64,000 bases of DNA. Source: the human T2T-CHM13v2.0 reference genome, Homo sapiens. Both the position numbers and the translations under genes were made by a program. Shown here piece after piece: positions 57,310 through 64,000 of the stretch (its first letter is position 1; each line of letters begins with the position of its first letter). The notes under the pieces are model-generated. The model did not search any database. It was not told where the DNA came from and saw nothing but the letters and a program-made list of their open reading frames with translations. The DNA is taken from NCBI RefSeq assembly GCF_009914755.1, contig NC_060933.1. The stretch is one strand, 5' to 3'.

Positions 57310-58369
57310 CTGCCAAAAGACCCAACAGGCGGAGAAGGAGTCAGACCCCATCACGCCTGGAAGAGGGGAGGCCGAGCAGCTGAGTGGTGCCAGGCCCAGC
57401 TGGAATTCTGTCCCCACTCTAACTGCTCTTGGCCACGCTGCTCTGAATAATGCAACACCTGAGTGGAAAACTTCTCCCCTGCATCTCGGCAGCTGATAAG
57501 CGTTGGGATCTTGGCGGGTGTCTCTGGGGACAGCATCATTACCTTTGGGAACTGAAGTTCTTGGCATCAGCCAGAGCTTGTCACAGGGAACAAGACTTCA
57601 TTAGAGACACGATGAAGAGGATGGAAATACAAAAAATGCATTTATTTGGCTTTTCTTTTTAGGGGGTGATCTTGAGTACTAGAGGCAAGAGGTATGAAAG
57701 GACTGGAGAGAGAATGGACAGGAGGAGATGGATACATGGGCTGGGGTGCTATGTGGCCCCAGGCAAGGCACAACACCTCTCTGAGTGCACCTCTGGGCAA
57801 TGGGGAAAAGCACATCTACCCAGCAGAGGTGGTGTGGTGATGTCAAAAGCCACGTGAATACTGTTAGCACAGTGCCTGCGCCACAGCAGGTGCACAGTGA
57901 GGGGCAGCTATGGACACTGTGACTACCACTCCCCTCTGCCTAGGTCAACACCGGACACCTGCACAGCTCCAACAACCTTCCAGTCACCATCCTAAAGGCT
58001 TTACTTAATTAATTTACTCCATGCCACGAACTTATGGGGTAGGTATGCTATGATCATCATCCCCACTTTACAGACGGGGAAACTGAGGCACAGAGAGGCT
58101 AAGAAACTTGGTCAAAGTCATACTGTGGCCAGCCAGCCTGAAGGCCCCGCCTGAAGTCACCAGAGGCAAGTGATCCTGGTGCCTGCTAGAGATACTAGAA
58201 TGGTGAGCTTGTGCACAGACCTGTAGCTGGGTGTGAGAGCTCATGGCAGAGGCCTCTGTCTCCTTTGCCACCCTGTGCCCTTTCTCCGTGGCTGTCATGG
58301 AGAGGAGAGAGCCACCAGGACCTGAGCACACCAGGGAGAGCAGAACCAAAGGGCCAGCCAGGGCCTTAC

Positions 58370-58441
58370 CACGGACACATCTGGGAGGGCGTTGATATTG
58401 CCCTGGACAGCCTCGCCAGTTTCCTCCAGGTCCAGAGTGTT
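58370..58441 (-). CDS. WHRN: WHRN exon 8 (72 nt)
   Basis: catttctag|AACACT...TCCGTG|gtaagg; NTLDLEETGEAVQGNINALPDVSV. Confidence 0.93.
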
Positions 58442-59130
58442 CTAGAAATGGACGAGAAAGCAAAGTGAGCAAACAGAAGCTGAGAAGGGAACACTGGTTT
58501 GTTCTCCAGCACACCAAAATTGAGGAAGTCTTAGGACACCTCCATGTGGTTCATGTGAGCCCTGACATACCTCACTTCATCGAAATTCACTTTACCCATT
58601 AAAATGAAGGTCAATTTGCCTGCTGGTCACTTTGAAGTTAAGTTTTCTTTGGGACTTTCTGATCATTTTCAGGCATCCCCTGAACTGCCAGAGATGCTGG
58701 GGCATCTCTAGCCTGGGCTGGGAATTCCTGGGTTTGGCCACGAGCGCTGTGCTCCACAGTCATGCCTCCAAAAGCCAAGGCCTCTCTCCACCACTTGCTG
58801 ATGAATCCCAGGAAGGTGTGAAAATGGCAAGAGAGAAGTGGATGGGGAAAGTCTCTCCCTTTTTAAAATTCTAATGGTTTTAATCCCAAGGTGGTGGTTT
58901 AAGGTTTAAATGGACCTTATTTTGCAAAAAACGTCTATTTCTTTCTTCCCTTCCCAATTCACAAGAAGAAACCCAATGCCTCCTTAAGTGACACTGGGCT
59001 GCCAAAAGGCCATTTGTGGGCCGTCTATGGAGGGCCCATCGGAGCTCCTCTCTGAGCTGGGCTCTCTTGAGGGCTAAGGGAGCCAGTTCTCTCGGCCCTA
59101 GAGCCCAGAATGGAAAAGAGCTTCCACCAC

Positions 59131-59577
59131 TGTGATGATTAGCTTCGCGTGTCAACTTGACTGGGCTAAGGGATGCTGAGATAGCTGGTAAAACATTATT
59201 TCTGGGTGTGTCTGTGAGGGTGTTTCCAGGAGAGATCAGCATATGAATGGGTGGACTGGGCAAAACTCACCCTCCCCAATGTGGGTGGGCCTCATCCAAT
59301 CCACTAAGGGCCTGAACAGAACAGAAAGGCAGAGGAAGGGCAAATTTGCGCACTCTTCTAGAGCTGAGACATCCATCTCCTCCTCCCTCAGACACCGGAG
59401 CTCATGGTTATTGGGCCTTTGGACTTGGACTAAAACAAAACCACCAGCTTCCCTGGGCCTCCGACTTGCAGATGGCAGATCAGGGGACTTCTCAACCTCC
59501 ATCATTGCGTGGGCCAATCCCACACAATATAGTATAACTGATTGCTTCTCTTTCTCTGGAGAACCCTGCTGGCTACA
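59131..59577 (+). mobile_element. MLT2 (ERVL) solo LTR
   Basis: TGtgatg...gtgtcaacttgactgggctaagg...tctctggagaaccctg...taCA. Confidence 0.8.
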
Positions 59578-60299
59578 TCAACACTTGGCTGAGGTCTCAA
59601 CTGCAGTGCTCATCAGTACTGAGCAGTCTCTGAAGCTCCAGGCTGATAAGGGGCTGGGGACACAGAGGAGGTGGGACACCAACCCTGCCATTGGTAGCTC
59701 AGAGACAATGGGGTCAGTCGACAAGCAAACAAGCAACAGGGAGACTGCAGAGAGAGCATCCAATGGGCAAACACAGGCATATAATGCAATCGGGGGAGGG
59801 GTTACCACGGAAGGCTTCCTGGAGGACGGGGCACAACTCAAAGCTAGGTCTTATGAGTGAGCAGAGCAAAGAAGGGAACGATAGGTGTTTCAGACAGAGG
59901 AAAGGGTGTAAAGCAGGAATGGAGATAGGATGTTTGAGAACCCCCGAGCAGCTCCACAGAAGTCAAGCATGGAGCTCTTGCACTTAAGCCTGAGGGCAGT
60001 GGGTTGCCATGGAGATGTGGTCAAGTTTGCCTTCTACGAAGATCCCCTTTGCTCACATCCTCTCCAGCCAGGCTGGAACACCACGGATGTGTCAGCCTTC
60101 ACACTGGCTGTTGTCTCTGTCTGCGACTCTTCTGCTTGGCTATCCATCCACAAGGCATGCTGTCGCTCACCTCCAAAACCTAACCCACCTGTCACCTGCT
60201 CGACAAGGTGTACCCTCACCACCTCAGCTAAAATCGTAACCTTCCCCTCACCCCACTCCACCTTGCTTTATTTTTCTCCTTCTCATTGATCACCATCTC

Positions 60300-60835
60300 C
60301 ACCCAGCAGCTAGGGAGTCATGCCAGAAACACATGTCAGGTCTCTCTGCAGCTCAGGACCCCCAAGGGCCTCTTCATCTCAGTTGGAGGAAGTTCCAAAC
60401 CCTACTCATTGTGCCTACATGACCGGGCCCTTTCCTGCTACTCCAACATCACAAGCTCATTACTGCCCCAGGGCCTTTGCACCTGCCGCTCTCACTCTGC
60501 ACCACACTGTGGTTCATTCCTTCACTTTGTTTAGTTCAGACCTCAGCGAGGCCCTCCCAGAGAAGCCCTGTCTAAAACAGTACTGCCCCACCCCCATCCC
60601 TGTCTATCCCGTTCCTGCTTTGGTTTTCTGTGTAACACCTATCACCATCTGACTTTATACTCTTTGCATACTGTCTGTCTCTCTCAATAGGATATAAACT
60701 CTGAGAAGGCAGGACATGCAACTACTCGGTCCTCACTCTCTCCTCACTTTTCAGAACAGTGGCTGCTGGATAAATGTTTATGAAGCAAACTGATGAATCC
60801 ATGAATGAATGGCAGGATGGATGAATGAATGAATC
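60300..60835 (+). mobile_element. L2 3' fragment
   Basis: agggcctttgcacctgc...ataaactctgagaaggcagg...(gaat)n tail. Confidence 0.65.
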
Positions 60836-63800
60836 AATCACTCTAGCCATCATTGGAGGAGGCCAGAGCAGGCAGGGAGTTGAGGGGGGTGGTGCTGCAG
60901 GTCACTGCAGTGAGCAGTAATGAATGTCTGAGTGTGAAGGCAGCAGGTGGGGACAGAAGGCACTCCTGACGCCATACCCCTAAGACAGAGAGAGGCCAGT
61001 CATGCCACACATATCCCCATCTCGACCCACAAGATGCTGGCTCGGGCCTTCCGGGTCAGAGCCCTGCAAACCCAGAGCTCCTCATCTGGTCCCATGATGC
61101 TTCAGGGGCATAGTCAGGCAGGGGCAACTGCCCCCATTTCCCCACAAAGTTGAGGTTTACATGCAAACCTTGGTCCTGACCTGTTAACTGCACACTGCCT
61201 CACAGGAATCTGCTGCTGACAGCCCCTGTGATGCAAGCGCGGTATGTGGTGGTTGGGGGGATTCTTTCAAAAGGGCGAGGGTGATTGGGCTGCTCTCTCA
61301 CTCACTGATTAGTGACACTGGTTCTGGCTCTGCCAACTCTGAGGCTTCTTTGAGCTCACACCCAGTTCTGCCGCTTGCAGCTGAGTGATGGTAGGTAAAT
61401 CCTTCCTCTGTAAAATAGGTTAACAGCAATACCTGCCTTAGGCAGTGGACATGTTAACACTTACAAAGCACTCAGAATAGGGCCTGGCACAATGTACGAG
61501 GAAGGTGACTGTTACGTGCATTGGGAGACTGGGAGGCCTTGCAATCTGCCCCAGCAAGAGAATGAACCGCGAGACGTGTCCTGGCCCATATGACAACTAG
61601 GATGGAAAGGAATGGCAGCCCTCTCACACCACCTCCCTCCTCCAAGACCATAATGAGTCCAATGCTCCCTGGAAGTAGTCCAGCCAGGCGCGTTAAGGTG
61701 AACAGTGAGGCAGTGATTGACATGCATTCACTTCCTCAGGCTCAACATTCATAGTCCTGGTGTCAGCAGGAGGCACAGAGAGGGGTCAGAGCCTCAGAGG
61801 TATCTACAGCAAAGACAAGGGGAGCCTCTGCCACATTCAGGTGGAGCCACTGCCCCCTGCCCCAGGAATTCAACCTGCAGCTGATCCTGGGGGAAGCTGG
61901 GGTTGGACTCAGATGACAGTACATGGTAGGACCAATGCCGTGGGATCCTGCCCTGCTCTGGCGCATCAGGGGCTTTGCACATTCAGCTGTGCAGGAAGCT
62001 CTTATCAGGCAGCCATGACTTTCCAGGGAAGCTCAGGGAGGGTGTGACTTTTTCCCAGAAAGGGTATTAGAGAACTACAAAGGACCTACTGTGCGCCAGG
62101 CCCCGTGCTGGGTGTTTTACTTATATTATCTCATTTGATCCTCCCAATGACCCTGTGAGGCAGGCACTAGGACTGTCCCTTGTCACATCGATTACACCTG
62201 AAGTTCAGAGAGGGAAGAGACTTGTCCAAGGTCATCTGACCGTTCTACAGAAGGTAAGGTTTCTAACCCAGGTCTGGGTCACCCCAACGCCCATACTACA
62301 CTGTCCCAACCCCAGAAATGAACAGGGCCTTGATGTCATAGGAACCTGAGGCCCCCATGAGCAACCCTCTTGGAAATGAGAGAGAAGGCAGCCATAGCTG
62401 GCCCTGTCCTCAGCCTCATTCCCTGCTACTAACTGCATCCTGGGGACATGGCAGGTGGAGGTGGAGGGTTGGGAGGGTGAGGGGTAGACGAGGGATGAAT
62501 ATCCAGCCCTGTCGGGGAGGCCTGAAGTGGAGCAAATGGCAGACGGGTCGGAGCCCAGCCCTCTGAGCCCAGCCCTGCCAGACTCCATCTGCTGAATCCA
62601 GACGCTCAGGAGTCCCAAGTCCCCGAGCCATGTTCCTTATGCATCTGAAATAGCTGCAGACAGCCGGCTAAGAACCCGGGGGATGCATCAGCAGAAATGC
62701 CTGCGGAACAGGCTTCCAGAGGAGGCTCAAGGTCAGAGCTCATGCAGGAGCTGGGCCTGTTCACTTTCACCACCACCCACACACAATCACAGCCACCTGG
62801 GCCCCCTCCCCCTGTACCCACTGAGGCCAGAGCCTCAGTGAGGGCATAGACCTGGCGGCTCCATTAATCCTGCCAGATGGGACCCTTCACCCACTCTACA
62901 GCTGAGGTGACTGAAGATCAGAGCGGAAAGGTCATCTGTCCAAGGTCACACAGCAAGGACAGGGCAGAAAGCTGAACTCTATTCAAGGCCCGACTCCATA
63001 TCCCCGACAAAAACCTGCTTCCCATAAGAGCCAAGATGACCTGCTGTCATTGTTCTTCCACCTCCTTCCTCAAACCTGTGGCAGTTCAGCAAATTCCCTT
63101 TTTTTCAGAGAAAAGAACCCCTTATTTCCTGAGTTGGCCCAATCAGGGCCCAGGTATCACAGAAGTGTGGTCTTGGGGAACTGTAAGGGGATGAAATGAA
63201 GAGGGGCAACCTTTGCGGGGTGGACTCAGGGGCAGGTAAGGCTCCCCTGCATGATGTCAAAGCCTGAGGCTGCCTGGGCACTGCGGGGCCACCTCAGCAA
63301 AATGCAGCTTCTCCCTCCTAGCCCTTCTCCTCCCCTCAGCCCAATTCCGGGTTTCTAGGCCTCCTTCCCCTCATTACAATGGGAGGGCTGTTACACAAAG
63401 GTGCTATTTCCAGCTCTTTGTTCGTTGGGCTTCTGTACTTCTGTCAAGCCAACAGGGTCCCCCAACTCCCATCCCAAAATGCACCAGAGGCCTAAGGCTG
63501 AGTGGTTCTTTCTTCATTCTGTATGTGGGGAAACTGAGGCACTGAGTCACAAAGGCCTCTGGATATTCGCCAGTGGGGGCCTAGATTTTGCCTGAAGGGG
63601 CTGCTGACAGGAAGGGAGATAAAGGCAGAGGGAGAAAGAGATTAGAGGGAGAATAACAGAAAAGAGAGAAAACAGAAGATTCAGCAGAAAAGGCACAGGC
63701 GGAGAGCAATGTAGAGAAACTGAAGAAGCAAAGAAAAGAGCAGGGCAAGTCCGGTGGCACGGCCAGAGCTGGGCTGGGAAGAGGAGCTTGTGATCCCAGG

Positions 63801-64000
63801 AAAGGCTACGGGGGTAGGGAGATGGAGGGACAGGGATGTGAGCCAGGGAGAGCCAGGAAGTCCTGGCATTCCTGGGGGGCAGTGGGGCTCCCCAGAGTGA
63901 AGGGTCAGGGGCCAGGGAGCCAGAGATTTGTGGGACAAGACCCTGGAAGTGTCAGTCATGCAGGTGGCGACGGGGAATCATTGGACCTGCAATCTCTCCA

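Larger units (their letters stand above)
52500..64000 (-). other. WHRN: WHRN (whirlin, DFNB31) gene, 3' portion
   Basis: Five exons splice in frame to a proline-rich region, a PDZ domain (VRVKKSAATLGIAIEGG...) and the C-terminal PDZ-binding motif NVML, matching recalled human whirlin. Confidence 0.96.

Noticed and set aside
58442-64000. Further WHRN coding exons, and the 205-aa ORF at 59243-59860
   Set aside because: No whirlin-like peptide with splice sites; the ORF overlaps an MLT2 LTR

Overview
This is human (primate) genomic DNA from the AKNA/WHRN locus, which I recall as chr9q32. Both genes lie on the minus strand in tandem. Positions 1-49,000 hold the 5' two-thirds of AKNA. Its 14 coding exons (numbered 2-15 here) splice through GT-AG junctions into one open frame of 3,221 nt (MASSETEIRW...RAGR), and the gene continues beyond position 1. 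Three candidate non-coding 5' exons lie at about 38.3, 44.8 and 48.9 kb, the last inside a CpG-island promoter. Positions 52,500-64,000 hold the last five exons of WHRN (whirlin/DFNB31: proline-rich region, PDZ3, C-terminal NVML), its 3' UTR and poly(A) signal, and part of the preceding intron. The rest is typical intronic repeat content: about 23 Alus, L1, L2, MIR, Tigger, MER and LTR relics, a 61-bp G-rich VNTR and simple repeats. I see no new gene system. The best leads are regulatory: three uORFs ahead of a weak AKNA start codon, inverted Alus bracketing the start exon (possible circRNA), in-frame read-through of exon 3 into a VNTR, an RFX X-box/CTCF/palindrome cluster in the CpG island, and in-frame intronic AUGs giving alternative N-termini in AKNA and WHRN. 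Gene identity, exon numbering and repeat subfamilies come from recall, not database searches.
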